From positions 12,306-76,305 of the forward strand of contig JAVCCL010000001.1 of the NCBI GenBank assembly GCA_030765505.1: a stretch of DNA of 64,000 nt, in the 5' to 3' direction. The notes under the pieces are model-generated. The model did no database searches and was not told where the DNA came from. It saw only the letters and a program-made list of their open reading frames with translations. Shown in pieces: positions 39,558-51,688 of this stretch; positions within the stretch are counted from its first letter, which is position 1, and each line of letters starts with the position of its first letter. The position numbers and the translations under genes were made by a program. The DNA is from Candidatus Kaelpia imicola. Lineage in GTDB: Bacteria > Omnitrophota > Gorgyraeia > Kaelpiales > Kaelpiaceae.

Positions 39558-42500
39558 AACACTCAATCTTACACTGTATGCATTCTGGGTCTTTAGAGTT
39601 ATTATTTTGTAATTCACAATAGCTGAATCTTTTTTTAAATATTTTATTAAATAACGAGATTTTATTAAACATTGATAGTAATGCTCCAACAACACAGAAA
39701 TATCTGCACCAGAATCTCGGTATAAATAGCGAGAAGAGCAACGCTATATATAATAATAAACTATTAAATCCAGGTTTTGAGAATATTGAAGTTAATCGAG
39801 ATAGTGGCTCTTGTTGAAAAATATAATTATTCTTTGTTATAGAGAATAATATTATTACTATTGAGAGTAGAATATATTTTATATACCTGATCTTATTATC
39901 TAGCTCTTTAGAAGGTTTGACTTCTATTTTTTTTATGTTTAACAACTTCTGCAAAGCTCCAAAAGGGCAAAGAAATCCACAATATATCCTTCCGTATATT
40001 AATGCTAATATAAAAGGCATAAAAGTTATGGTCCAAAGAGAGAGGTTTTTGATAGAGGGTAAATTTAGATTTAATATATTAAATATATGAAATAGAGATA
40101 GCTGTAACTGTAATATTAATCCCAATATTATTACAACCAGCAACTGGTATAATATCTCTATCTTTGAGTTTAGACTTCTATGGAAGATATAGAGACCAGT
40201 CAGTATAAAAAGTATAAATATAATACTTTTAAGTATTTCAGTTAAAGGTGGTGTTAAATCTATTTGAGGCTCTTTTTCAATAAAATCTTTTGATATCTTT
40301 TGAGCGGTTTTCTTGACCGTTTCAATTATAGCTTTTGATGTATAGGTTGCAGAGGTCACAGCATCTATATCGTTTATTCTATAAAGCTCTGTTAATAATC
40401 TACCTTTAAAGCTATTAAGCCAGGGTTCTACTCTTTTTAAATAACTGGGCGTCTCTTTAGGATCAATTATTTTTAAATCTATTATCCTGTAATTACTATC
40501 TGTTCTGATCTCTATATCAACCAATCCAGCAAAACCTTTAGATGATACACCTAATTCTCTGGAATTAAATATGTGGTATCTCTTCTCTTCTCTTTTTTCT
40601 TGGATTCTAATAGAGGTTGCTACTCTATTGTCTTCTGCAATGTAAGGTCTGCTTTTGATGTAGCTTGACCCTATTAACACTAATAGAGATATTCCAAATA
40701 GGAAATAGGATGTCTTTATATAAGGGAAAGATAATCTACCTAAACTGAATATACGTTTTTTTAATATTCTAGCGTTTGTTCCCAGTTTAATCAGCAATAA
40801 GATAACAAAGGTTAAAATGCTTAAGAAGAGCAGTGTTTTAGATATGCCCAGAAGAGGTATCAATATTATTCCTGTTATAGTTGAACCGATTGCCGCACCC
40901 CAGTGATCTAGCGATTGAAGTATACCTGCTAAACTAAGTAAACTCAGTTGCTTGTTTTCTAAAACCCTGGCTGTCAATGGGTAGGATGCCCCAGTTAGTA
41001 TGCCTGAGAATAGAAAGAGAGATGAAAATATCGGTATAGATAGTTGATAGGAGAGGTTATTTATTACCTCTTTGAATAGATAAAAACTAAATAGATATAT
41101 CAGCAGTTGTATTGATAGTATCAATATTATAATTTTAAATGGCTCTGTCTTATCAACAATTTTTTTAATAGAGAGACTGCCTATCGCCAGCCCCAACATA
41201 AAGAGGCTGCTTAATAACCCTATATAGATATATATGGTTCCGAAGATGTTCTGGAATAGAAATAGCAATACTATATGATAGATAAAAGCAGAAGACCCAG
41301 AAAAAAGCTGGTAGAGTTTAGCATTAAATACGGCTTCTACTTGAGGTTCGTTAGCTATAAATTTAAGGTAGTGTACTCTTAAGATAAAAAATATTAAAAT
41401 TGCTATAAAGAATAAAGGGAATCCGTATATAAACAGTAATTTCATTGTTTGAGTAATTTTTAAACCGCTATATTCTGTAAAGACCAATAGATTTAGAAAA
41501 TAAGATAAAGGTTTTTTGTCCGAATTGATTAAAAGATTATAAGTACTATTTTGATAGCTATCTTTTATAAATTGTACCCGGTCTTTATCTATAAGGCTAT
41601 AGAAGCTCTCAGGAGAGAAGGTATAGTCATCTGGAATATATATCAGCCCTCTCCTGTAGAGTTCATCGGCTGATTGAGTGATATTAGAATTTCTTGAGCC
41701 TGCAAAAAACCATAAATTATCTCCTGGGATGAGCACAATCTTTTTAAATTCCGTTTGCAGGGTATGGTAGATTGAAGAGCCATAATTCTTTAGCTCCTTT
41801 GATAGAAAGTTCTCAGCAGAAGTTATCTTTACTGCAACGCCACCGTTATTTTTAAGGTTATCTTTAAGCAATCTGTAAAACTCTTCTGTATAGAGTTTAT
41901 TTGCATAGGCGCTTGATGGTTCAGGTTCGTTGATTATTATAAGGTCATATCTCTCTTTATGTTCTTTGATGTAGTTTCTGGGGTCTTTGAAGATAAACTT
42001 AACTTTTTCTTCTTTAAATATTCTCTCTATCTCAGGTGGAGCGTGTCTTTTTATAAAGTCAAAATAGTCGCTATCTTTATATACATTGACTATCTTTTTA
42101 ATATTAAAATCTAAGAGAGACTCTATCTGATTTTCAAAACCTTCGCCCAGTATCAGAATATCTTCAGGCATATCTAACATTGCAATAAAGAGGCTTACAC
42201 TCTCTTGGGATGATATCTTATCAGGTAAGGTTTGGATTGCCTCTCCGTTTGACAGGAGTATTATTTTCTCTTTGTATCTACCGATGCTTATCTGTTGATA
42301 GGGAGTATCGATTGTTTCGATTAATTCTGCATCTGGAATAATCTGTTTAAAGCGTATATCGTTAAGATACTTTTCAAGAGGTTTTTGATAGATAAATAGT
42401 AGAGAGAATAATATCAAAGATAGAGAAGATAGAATTTTATTTGTTTTAGTTTTTCTATAGATACTTTCAAAGCTCGTTATAATAGCAAAAAGAAGACAGC

Positions 42501-43029
42501 AAGTTATTAAAATTATTGTTGCGGGGAATAGATTTATCAGAAGTAACGTTATTAAGATTCCGGCTATTACACTGCCCAGAGATTCAAATATATAGGCATC
42601 TGAGATTATGTTTTTAGATGATTTTTTATGGTTTTTTAATAGTTGGCAGCCGGATGTAAATAAGATACCTGTGAATAAAGCTAGAGGTCCATTAAATAGG
42701 ATGCTTAAGGGTATGGCTTTCTGGAGTGGAAATAACTCCCAAGCTTCTATAGATGCAAGGGGTTTAAAGAAACGAAAGAGCAGGAATTGAAAGATTGCAA
42801 GAAAAGGGTAGAGCTTCAGTAGTTTAGGAAACAGTTTTGATATTTTTTGATATTTTCTTGTTAAAGTTGCTCCAATCGCAATCCATAGAAACCAGGAAGC
42901 GTAAAATATTCCTATTGAGAGCTCATTTCCGTTAAATGATACCAGGTATTCTCTTAAGAGTATTGTCTGCAAAAGGATTGTGAATGCTCCGAGTGCAAAA
43001 AAGATGATTTTATAGATACTTTTTTTCAT
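39544..43029 (-). CDS. Fused membrane spermidine-synthase-like + FMN-binding + 4Fe-4S (NosR/NapH-like) protein
   Basis: GNEL TM repeats, TPYQ, LYTEEFY, DAVTSATYTS, GRIYCGFLCPFGA, RFWCRYFC, ECIQC. Confidence 0.8.
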   Translation of the reverse strand: MKKSIYKIIFFALGAFTILLQTILLREYLVSFNGNELSIGIFYASWFLWIAIGATLTRKYQKISKLFPKLLKLYPFLAIFQFLLFRFFKPLASIEAWELFPLQKAIPLSILFNGPLALFTGILFTSGCQLLKNHKKSSKNIISDAYIFESLGSVIAGILITLLLINLFPATIILITCCLLFAIITSFESIYRKTKTNKILSSLSLILFSLLFIYQKPLEKYLNDIRFKQIIPDAELIETIDTPYQQISIGRYKEKIILLSNGEAIQTLPDKISSQESVSLFIAMLDMPEDILILGEGFENQIESLLDFNIKKIVNVYKDSDYFDFIKRHAPPEIERIFKEEKVKFIFKDPRNYIKEHKERYDLIIINEPEPSSAYANKLYTEEFYRLLKDNLKNNGGVAVKITSAENFLSKELKNYGSSIYHTLQTEFKKIVLIPGDNLWFFAGSRNSNITQSADELYRRGLIYIPDDYTFSPESFYSLIDKDRVQFIKDSYQNSTYNLLINSDKKPLSYFLNLLVFTEYSGLKITQTMKLLFIYGFPLFFIAILIFFILRVHYLKFIANEPQVEAVFNAKLYQLFSGSSAFIYHIVLLFLFQNIFGTIYIYIGLLSSLFMLGLAIGSLSIKKIVDKTEPFKIIILILSIQLLIYLFSFYLFKEVINNLSYQLSIPIFSSLFLFSGILTGASYPLTARVLENKQLSLLSLAGILQSLDHWGAAIGSTITGIILIPLLGISKTLLFLSILTFVILLLIKLGTNARILKKRIFSLGRLSFPYIKTSYFLFGISLLVLIGSSYIKSRPYIAEDNRVATSIRIQEKREEKRYHIFNSRELGVSSKGFAGLVDIEIRTDSNYRIIDLKIIDPKETPSYLKRVEPWLNSFKGRLLTELYRINDIDAVTSATYTSKAIIETVKKTAQKISKDFIEKEPQIDLTPPLTEILKSIIFILFILTGLYIFHRSLNSKIEILYQLLVVIILGLILQLQLSLFHIFNILNLNLPSIKNLSLWTITFMPFILALIYGRIYCGFLCPFGALQKLLNIKKIEVKPSKELDNKIRYIKYILLSIVIILFSITKNNYIFQQEPLSRLTSIFSKPGFNSLLLYIALLFSLFIPRFWCRYFCVVGALLSMFNKISLFNKIFKKRFSYCELQNNNSKDPECIQCKIECYEKR

Positions 43030-44510
43030 TCTTCGGAGAAGACCTCAGCTTGAAATACTTCAAAGCTTGTACCTTCTTTATAGGCGTGGGGTGAGAGCCC
43101 AGCTTTATAGGAGAGATGAGAGAGGGTGGTATCTAAGTCCCAGCCTTGTTCTGGTGCAACTTGAGGCAAGAAGACTGCGCCTCTTGAACCTTTCTTTAAT
43201 AATATCCCATCTCTACCTATTACTATATCTTTGTAATCATCTATTTTCCGGGGCGGTGTTAGGGCAGATATCTCTATCTCGATTTTATCCAATTCCCCTG
43301 CTGTAACTTGAGTAAATCTAAAGTCATTGACTGCTGCATCAATTGTTCTTTCAATTACGACTTGATATAGATGTTTTCTTGGAAGTATCTCGCCAATACA
43401 ACCTCTGAGCTGCCCTTTTTTGTGCAAGGTTACAAATGCCCCGCGGTTCTTTTTGAGGTTCTCTGTCAGTTTAATTCCTAGATCCTCTATCTTTGGAATC
43501 TTTTTCTCTCTGATATAACTCTCCAAGACTGCGCGGGATAGTTTAAGTAAAGATTTCTTCTCCTCTTCTGTCAATCTGTTTTCTGGTATGCCTTCATTTA
43601 GATCAGAATTGTTATTGTAAAACCCTATAGTTACATAGCTTATAGAGGTTGAGAAATCACCGGTCATCTCACCCAAAGTGTCATAGCGTATAACTCTTGC
43701 TTTAGTATCTTTAGGTAACATTGAGAGTAATATTGCTATCGGGATACGTCCGCATATAGTTGCCTGGGTCTTCTGGATATATTTTAGAAAGCCATTATGA
43801 TCTAAGTTTTCTATTTTCTCTATAGCTCCATAGTCCAACCTTCTTATATTCTCTTTTATATTGTCATTAAACGGAACATAATCGTAGCGATAGCCGTAAT
43901 GAGTGAAATCAGAACTTATTATAAATATTGAATCTCCAGAGACATAATTTTTTAATATCTCTGCTGCCTTCTCTACTCTTTCTATGTTTAACTGTCCTAC
44001 TACTATAGGGATTATTTTAAAGTCTGAGAGAATGACCTGTAGAAAAGGAATTTGTAACTCTATACTGTTCTCATTATAAAAAGCCTCATCAGTTGCTTGG
44101 AATATTTCTGTTTCAAGTAGCTCTTCTTTAATTTTTTTATCTATCTCTATTTTGCCCAGAGGTGTTTTAAAATAATCGCTTTGAGGCAGTATAAGTTTAT
44201 CTGTATGTAATCTATGAGATGGGCCAAGTATAAATACATATTTAATTTCTCTAGATAACAGTTCTTTGTATCCATAAGCAGCTGTCTGTCCAGACCAAGC
44301 TAGACCTGCATGAGGTTCTATTAATGCAATAGGCCTCTCGCAAGGCGTGGTCTCTACTTTATCTAAGAAAGAGTAAACCATATCTTTGAGTTCATTTGGT
44401 TCCTCAGGATACCAGCCGTGACAGCTGGCATTTAATGTCTTTGCATCTGTTTCTTTTGACATGGTATTTACCCCCAGTAATAATATTAGGATTATAAATA
44501 TCTTCTTCAT
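43026..44510 (-). CDS. AmmeMemoRadiSam protein B (Memo)-protein A (AMMECR1) fusion with signal peptide
   Basis: PHAG, GPSH, SSDFTHYG, TICG; GAFVTL, LRGCIG, D.RF, FLPQV. Confidence 0.9.
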   Translation of the reverse strand: MKKIFIILILLLGVNTMSKETDAKTLNASCHGWYPEEPNELKDMVYSFLDKVETTPCERPIALIEPHAGLAWSGQTAAYGYKELLSREIKYVFILGPSHRLHTDKLILPQSDYFKTPLGKIEIDKKIKEELLETEIFQATDEAFYNENSIELQIPFLQVILSDFKIIPIVVGQLNIERVEKAAEILKNYVSGDSIFIISSDFTHYGYRYDYVPFNDNIKENIRRLDYGAIEKIENLDHNGFLKYIQKTQATICGRIPIAILLSMLPKDTKARVIRYDTLGEMTGDFSTSISYVTIGFYNNNSDLNEGIPENRLTEEEKKSLLKLSRAVLESYIREKKIPKIEDLGIKLTENLKKNRGAFVTLHKKGQLRGCIGEILPRKHLYQVVIERTIDAAVNDFRFTQVTAGELDKIEIEISALTPPRKIDDYKDIVIGRDGILLKKGSRGAVFLPQVAPEQGWDLDTTLSHLSYKAGLSPHAYKEGTSFEVFQAEVFSEE

Positions 44511-44752
44511 CCTGCCAGATTATGTTTTAAATATATATCTTTTTTAGACAATACCCTTCTTCTCATTTTAGATATAGAAGAGTTCTCTCTACTCCATTTA
44601 ATCGGAATAAAGCTTAAAATAATAGTCAAAAAAAGAAATTTAGTGCTTAAGGCCAAGAATCTCTTTCTCGTTATCTCTGAATGTAATAAATTTTCTAATT
44701 TAGATGTCAGTGTTTCTATGCTTCTATACATTATCTCTCCACTCTCCTGCAA
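44507..44752 (-). CDS. Small protein with Tat-like motif and TM
   Basis: ITRKRFL + hydrophobic helix; likely start ATG 44731; coupled on both sides. Confidence 0.55.
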   Translation of the reverse strand: MQESGEIMYRSIETLTSKLENLLHSEITRKRFLALSTKFLFLTIILSFIPIKWSRENSSISKMRRRVLSKKDIYLKHNLAG

Positions 44753-45707
44753 TTATTTCTAAGCAATTAGGGCATTTATTATCTTCTATCTTATAATTTA
44801 TTATTTTGTAACCTGCTCTTTCAACCAATAGATTGTTACAATTTGGACAATAAGTGTTCTCTTCTTTTACTCCATATACATTGCCTATATATACATACTT
44901 GAGTCCGATATTCCGGGCTATTGAGTGGGCTTTTTTGAGCATCTCATACTGTGTGACAGGGATATTTTTCATCAGATAGTGAGGTTGAAATCTAGAGAAA
45001 TGTAAAGGGGTATCTGCTCCGAGGTTCTCTTTTATCCAGAGAGCCATTCTCTCTATCTCTTTTGGATCATCATTCAATGTGGGTATTATCAGATTTGTTA
45101 TCTCAAGCCAGAGGCCGATCTCTTTTGCTATTAAGAGTGCATTTAAAACCGGCTTTAGAGTACCGGTTGTTATCTTTCGATACATTTCATCATTAAAGAA
45201 TTTTAAGTCTATGTTGGCTGCATCTATATAGCGGTATAGTTTACGCAGTGGTTTCTCATTACAATATCCTGCAGTTACAAGTACATTCTGTAAGCCGTAA
45301 GAGTTAGCTATTATAGAGGTGTCCAAGGTATACTCATAGTAGGATAGTGGTTCGGTATAAGTATAAGCTATCATATTAGAACCATTCTTTCTTGTTAGGG
45401 AGACTACATCCTGGGGCTGTAGTGAATAAGAAGGTATATCCTCAGGATTACTTTGAGATATCTGCCAGTTCTGGCAGTTTTTGCAGTGTAAGTTACAACC
45501 TGCGGTTGCAATAGATAGTATCTTTTCTCCGGGATTAAAATGAAAGAGTGGTTTCTTCTCAATGGGATCCATATGTATTGAGCAGGGCCGGCCATAAGTA
45601 AGCAAGATCAACTTACCGTTCTGATTGTAACGGACCTTGCAATCCCCTCTTGAGCCGGGTTTTATCAAGCATTGTTTAGGGCAGAGTTTACACTGAACAG
45701 TATTCAT
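44724..45707 (-). CDS. amrS: AmmeMemoRadiSam radical SAM enzyme
   Basis: DPIEKKPLFHF, GCNLHCKNCQNW.ISQ, YTYTEP, PLHFSRF.P. Confidence 0.92.
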   Translation of the reverse strand: MNTVQCKLCPKQCLIKPGSRGDCKVRYNQNGKLILLTYGRPCSIHMDPIEKKPLFHFNPGEKILSIATAGCNLHCKNCQNWQISQSNPEDIPSYSLQPQDVVSLTRKNGSNMIAYTYTEPLSYYEYTLDTSIIANSYGLQNVLVTAGYCNEKPLRKLYRYIDAANIDLKFFNDEMYRKITTGTLKPVLNALLIAKEIGLWLEITNLIIPTLNDDPKEIERMALWIKENLGADTPLHFSRFQPHYLMKNIPVTQYEMLKKAHSIARNIGLKYVYIGNVYGVKEENTYCPNCNNLLVERAGYKIINYKIEDNKCPNCLEIIAGEWRDNV

Positions 45708-45775
45708 AGGATTATTGTATTAATATAGTAAATTATATTGAATTCTTTACACTGCTGCCACTATAATCTACGGTA

Positions 45776-46786
45776 ATGAAGAGATTAGGTATTATATCTG
45801 TTTTTCTTCTGCTCTCAGGTTGTGTTACAACTGGGCCTCCGGTCTATAAGGGGGAGATCTATCAGACTCAGGAAAAGCTTAAAGTCAAAGTCTTAAAGTA
45901 TCAACTTGAAAAAGAGAGAGATGTCGTGGCAGTGGGCTATGAGCTTCTCAAGGCTTTGCCGGATAACGGTAAAAGTTTCCCCTATCTAGGTGCTCGTTTT
46001 ATTAAAATTGATCAATATTCAAAGGAACTTTTTAATATTGTAAATAATTATGGTATTACAGTTGCTTATGTAGTTAAAGAGTCTCCGGCGGATAAAGCTG
46101 GAATAAAGAGAGCGGATGTTATCAAAAAGATTAACGGACGCATTATAAATACAGAGAGAGATTTAAAATATACTTTGAATAATTTAAGGCCTGGAGAGAA
46201 GTTGGATTTTGAATTGATAAGAGCTCATAATCTCATAAGATCAACAGTTATCTTAGAGAGAGTTGGACTTGATATAAATTTTGGTATGTTGAACGAAGAG
46301 TCTGTTAATGCCGGGGCATCGTTGAAGGAGGTGGTCGTGACATATGGCTTAATGAGGTTTATTGAATCGGAAGATGAGCTAGCTATTATTTTAGGTCATG
46401 AACTTGCTCATATTGTCCGAGGCCATATTGGGAAACGCATCGGAACCGATCTTTTCTCCGTTTTGCTGGGAGTAGCAGCTGGATATGGAGCAGAGAGTAT
46501 ATCTCCTGGTAGCGGTGATGTTGTAATGCGAGGTATTGGCGGTGCATTCAGCAGCTTGTATTCCCGGGAGTTTGAGAGAGAAGCCGACTATTTTGGTGTT
46601 CTTTATGCTTATAAGGCAGGTTATGATGTCAGAGCCGGAATTGATATCTGGGAGAGATTTGCTATAGAGATGCCTGAATCAATGGTTCGAGATTTCTACA
46701 GTAGCCATCCTACTTCAACAGAGCGGTTATTAAGGATAGAGAAGATTGTAAGAGATTTAGAAGAGGGCAGGATTACTGTTGATTAG
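45776..46786 (+). CDS. M48 metallopeptidase lipoprotein with PDZ domain
   Basis: LSGC lipobox, SPA.KAG PDZ, HELAH, EREAD, SHP..ER. Confidence 0.88.
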   Translation: MKRLGIISVFLLLSGCVTTGPPVYKGEIYQTQEKLKVKVLKYQLEKERDVVAVGYELLKALPDNGKSFPYLGARFIKIDQYSKELFNIVNNYGITVAYVVKESPADKAGIKRADVIKKINGRIINTERDLKYTLNNLRPGEKLDFELIRAHNLIRSTVILERVGLDINFGMLNEESVNAGASLKEVVVTYGLMRFIESEDELAIILGHELAHIVRGHIGKRIGTDLFSVLLGVAAGYGAESISPGSGDVVMRGIGGAFSSLYSREFEREADYFGVLYAYKAGYDVRAGIDIWERFAIEMPESMVRDFYSSHPTSTERLLRIEKIVRDLEEGRITVD

Positions 46787-46861
46787 CGCTGCCATTTTAT
46801 AGTTATATTGAACATTGTTTCTTGATAGAATATGGTTTAACTCAAAAGATTTATTTAAATT

Positions 46862-47377
46862 ATGGAAGCATTAATCACAGTATTTTTTTTAATTTTGGTT
46901 TTAATTTCCCTTCTGTTTACTCTCTTTGGAAATTTTGGCAACCTGTTGATTTTGGTATTCTCTTTCATCTATTCTGCCCTAACAAGTTTTGAGATAATAC
47001 TGCCCAAGGTTCTTCTGGCCCTGGCTTTGATATATCTAACAGGTGAGCTGTTTGAATATATATTTATAATACTTGGAGTTAGAATCTCAGGGGCTACCAA
47101 GAGGGCCGGCTGGGGGGCTATTATAGGCGGTTTAGTAGCGGTTGCTGTCTCACTTGCATTTTTGGGCGCAGGTTTTATTCCTTTGACAATAGCAGGAGTC
47201 TTCCTTGGGGCTTTCATTGTTGAACTTAAAGAGAAGAAAGATATATTTAAGGCTCTACGTGCAGGGTTAGGCTCTTTTCTGGGCAGGCTTGGAGCAGTAG
47301 TATTTAAGCTGATACTGGGTATTTTAATGATCTGTATCATAGTAGGTCATATCTTAAGTTACTTAAATATAATTTAA
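46862..47377 (+). CDS. DUF456-family membrane protein
   Basis: GAT..AG.GAIIG, G.FLGAF..E. Confidence 0.8.
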   Translation: MEALITVFFLILVLISLLFTLFGNFGNLLILVFSFIYSALTSFEIILPKVLLALALIYLTGELFEYIFIILGVRISGATKRAGWGAIIGGLVAVAVSLAFLGAGFIPLTIAGVFLGAFIVELKEKKDIFKALRAGLGSFLGRLGAVVFKLILGILMICIIVGHILSYLNII

Positions 47378-47393
47378 TATCTGAAATATTTTT

Positions 47394-48140
47394 ATGAAAT
47401 GTGTAGTTTTTGATTGTGAGACTACGGGTTTAAGTTCTTATTCAGGTGATAAAATCTGTGAGATTGGAGCGATTAAGTTAAAGGGTGATAAGATTATAGA
47501 TAAATATTGGCATCTGATCAATCCCGGAAGAGATATATCTTATGCAGCTTATATGGTAAACAAGATAACTCCAAGCATGTTAAGAGATGCTCCAACAATA
47601 GGGGAGATACTGCCGTCATTTTTAAAGTTTATAGAAGGTAATAAGCTTGCTGCCTATAATGCAGGGTTTGATATCTCTTTTCTGAATTCGGCGCTCCATG
47701 ACTGCGGTTATAAAGATATCGATTCCAAGGAAGTCGTAGATATTTATATTTTAGCAAAGAAGATGTTGCCTGATTTAGACAAGTATCCTCTTTGGAATGT
47801 AGCTAAAAGTCTCCAGTTGCCAGTTATTGCGACTCACCGTGCTTTAGCCGATGCTCAGCTTACTGCAGATGTTTTTTTAAAGCTGATTGAAATGGGGGCT
47901 GATAAGTTTTTAAAGAGAGTATATTTAGATTATACTCAGAAGATAAAGGTTATTGAAAGTGCAATACGCAGTAAGCAGTCTCTTAAGATTAGATTTGCCA
48001 ACAACAGCGGTAATATTTCAGAAAAGAATATAGTGCCTTACAGAATAAAAGAGCTTAATGGAGAAGAGGTTTTGGATTTTGAATCTGAATATCCGCCTAA
48101 CTCTATAGCTTTACACCTTATTGAGGAAGCGGTGTTATGA
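47394..48140 (+). CDS. DnaQ-like DEDDh 3'-5' exonuclease with WYL-like tail
   Basis: DCETTG, YNA.FD, HRALAD. Confidence 0.85.
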   Translation: MKCVVFDCETTGLSSYSGDKICEIGAIKLKGDKIIDKYWHLINPGRDISYAAYMVNKITPSMLRDAPTIGEILPSFLKFIEGNKLAAYNAGFDISFLNSALHDCGYKDIDSKEVVDIYILAKKMLPDLDKYPLWNVAKSLQLPVIATHRALADAQLTADVFLKLIEMGADKFLKRVYLDYTQKIKVIESAIRSKQSLKIRFANNSGNISEKNIVPYRIKELNGEEVLDFESEYPPNSIALHLIEEAVL

Positions 48141-48952
48141 TTTTAGCTTCGATTACAATGCTCTCTATAGCGGTATTTTTTGCTTTTATTGTCTGGTTAG
48201 TCTATAAAAGATTTTGGATTAAGATTAACCCTGAACTAGAGAAAGCCATAGAGATGCTTACTGGTTTAAATTGCGGTGCCTGCGGTTTCTCCAGTTGTGA
48301 AAGTTTTGCCAGAGCTCTCTCTGAAAGTAAAGAGGTGCGATGTCCAATGCTTGATAGTGACAAGATGTCAAAACTCTGTAATATATTAGGAACTAAGGGC
48401 GTTGAATCAACTCTTAAGAGAGCCGTAGTGCTTTGCAAGGGTACTGATAAAGATAAGAAGTTTTATGCTCGGTATAGAGGGATAGAGAGTTGCCATGCTG
48501 CAAGTCTCAATGCTGCTTATCAGGGATGTAGTTATGGCTGCCTTGGTTTTGGCGATTGCAGCAAGGTCTGCCCTGTATCTGCAATATCGATAAAAGATGG
48601 TCTTGCTATTATTGATATAAACAGATGTATCGGTTGCGGACTCTGTATCAAAGAATGTTCCAGGGGTATTATTACACTTGTTGATTATAACGGAAAGTTT
48701 ATTGTTTATGTAGCCTGTTCTAATAAAGATAGCGCTTTAGAAGTTAAGGAGGTTTGCAAGGTTGGCTGTATTGGCTGTAATCTATGTGTTAAGTTGTTAT
48801 CTGAGGGTAGTTTTAAGATAGAAGATAACCTTGCCAGGGTGAGTTGTGGCGGTAACGGTTTGGATAGAGAGGAAGAGTATAAAAAAGTGATAGATAAGTG
48901 CCCTACGCATACTATAGAGATAGAATATTCAAAAAAGAGAGCAGGGATTTAA
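48137..48952 (+). CDS. rnfB: RnfB-like polyferredoxin
   Basis: N-terminal TM, NCGACG..C, C.YGCLGFGDC, CIGCG.C. Confidence 0.8.
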   Translation: MILASITMLSIAVFFAFIVWLVYKRFWIKINPELEKAIEMLTGLNCGACGFSSCESFARALSESKEVRCPMLDSDKMSKLCNILGTKGVESTLKRAVVLCKGTDKDKKFYARYRGIESCHAASLNAAYQGCSYGCLGFGDCSKVCPVSAISIKDGLAIIDINRCIGCGLCIKECSRGIITLVDYNGKFIVYVACSNKDSALEVKEVCKVGCIGCNLCVKLLSEGSFKIEDNLARVSCGGNGLDREEEYKKVIDKCPTHTIEIEYSKKRAGI

Positions 48953-48953
48953 A

Positions 48954-51104
<2,151 letters not shown>

Positions 51105-51111
51105 AAATGAT

Positions 51112-51188
<77 letters not shown>

Positions 51189-51200
51189 CCTTTCATTTAC

Positions 51201-51229
51201 TTGACATAATTTTATGAATATGGTAGTTT
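51201..51229 (+). promoter_or_regulatory. Putative sigma70 promoter of rplM-rpsI
   Basis: TTGACA-17-TAGTTT. Confidence 0.5.
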
Positions 51230-51254
51230 TTAAAATTACCTTTATATTAAGGCA

Positions 51255-51686
51255 ATGAAAACATATATGAAAAGAAAAGAAGATGTGGTGAGTAGGAAAT
51301 GCTACCTTGTTGATGCCGAGGACAAAATATTGGGTAGACTTAGTACTGCTATAGCTAAACTGCTGATGGGTAAAGACTCTCCGGATTACACCCCTCATGT
51401 TGATTCTGGGGCTACCGTGATTGTAGTAAATGCTGAAAAAGTTAAGCTTAGCGGTAAAAAATCTATGACTAAGAGTTACCAGAGCTATAGCGGTTATCCT
51501 GGAGGGTTAAAAGAGACCAATATAAGAGATATGCTTGTCCGTAAACCTGGATATGTTATAAGACATGCTGTTAAAGGCATGATATCTAAAAATAAGCTCT
51601 CAGCGCGTAGGATGGCTAGGCTTAAGGTCTATAAAGGGTCTGAACATCCTCATAGAGCTCAAAATCCGATACCTTTGGAGGATTAA
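51255..51686 (+). CDS. rplM: 50S ribosomal protein L13
   Basis: LGRL, YTPHVD, SGYPGG, HPH.AQ. Confidence 0.97.
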   Translation: MKTYMKRKEDVVSRKCYLVDAEDKILGRLSTAIAKLLMGKDSPDYTPHVDSGATVIVVNAEKVKLSGKKSMTKSYQSYSGYPGGLKETNIRDMLVRKPGYVIRHAVKGMISKNKLSARRMARLKVYKGSEHPHRAQNPIPLED

Positions 51687-51688
51687 GT

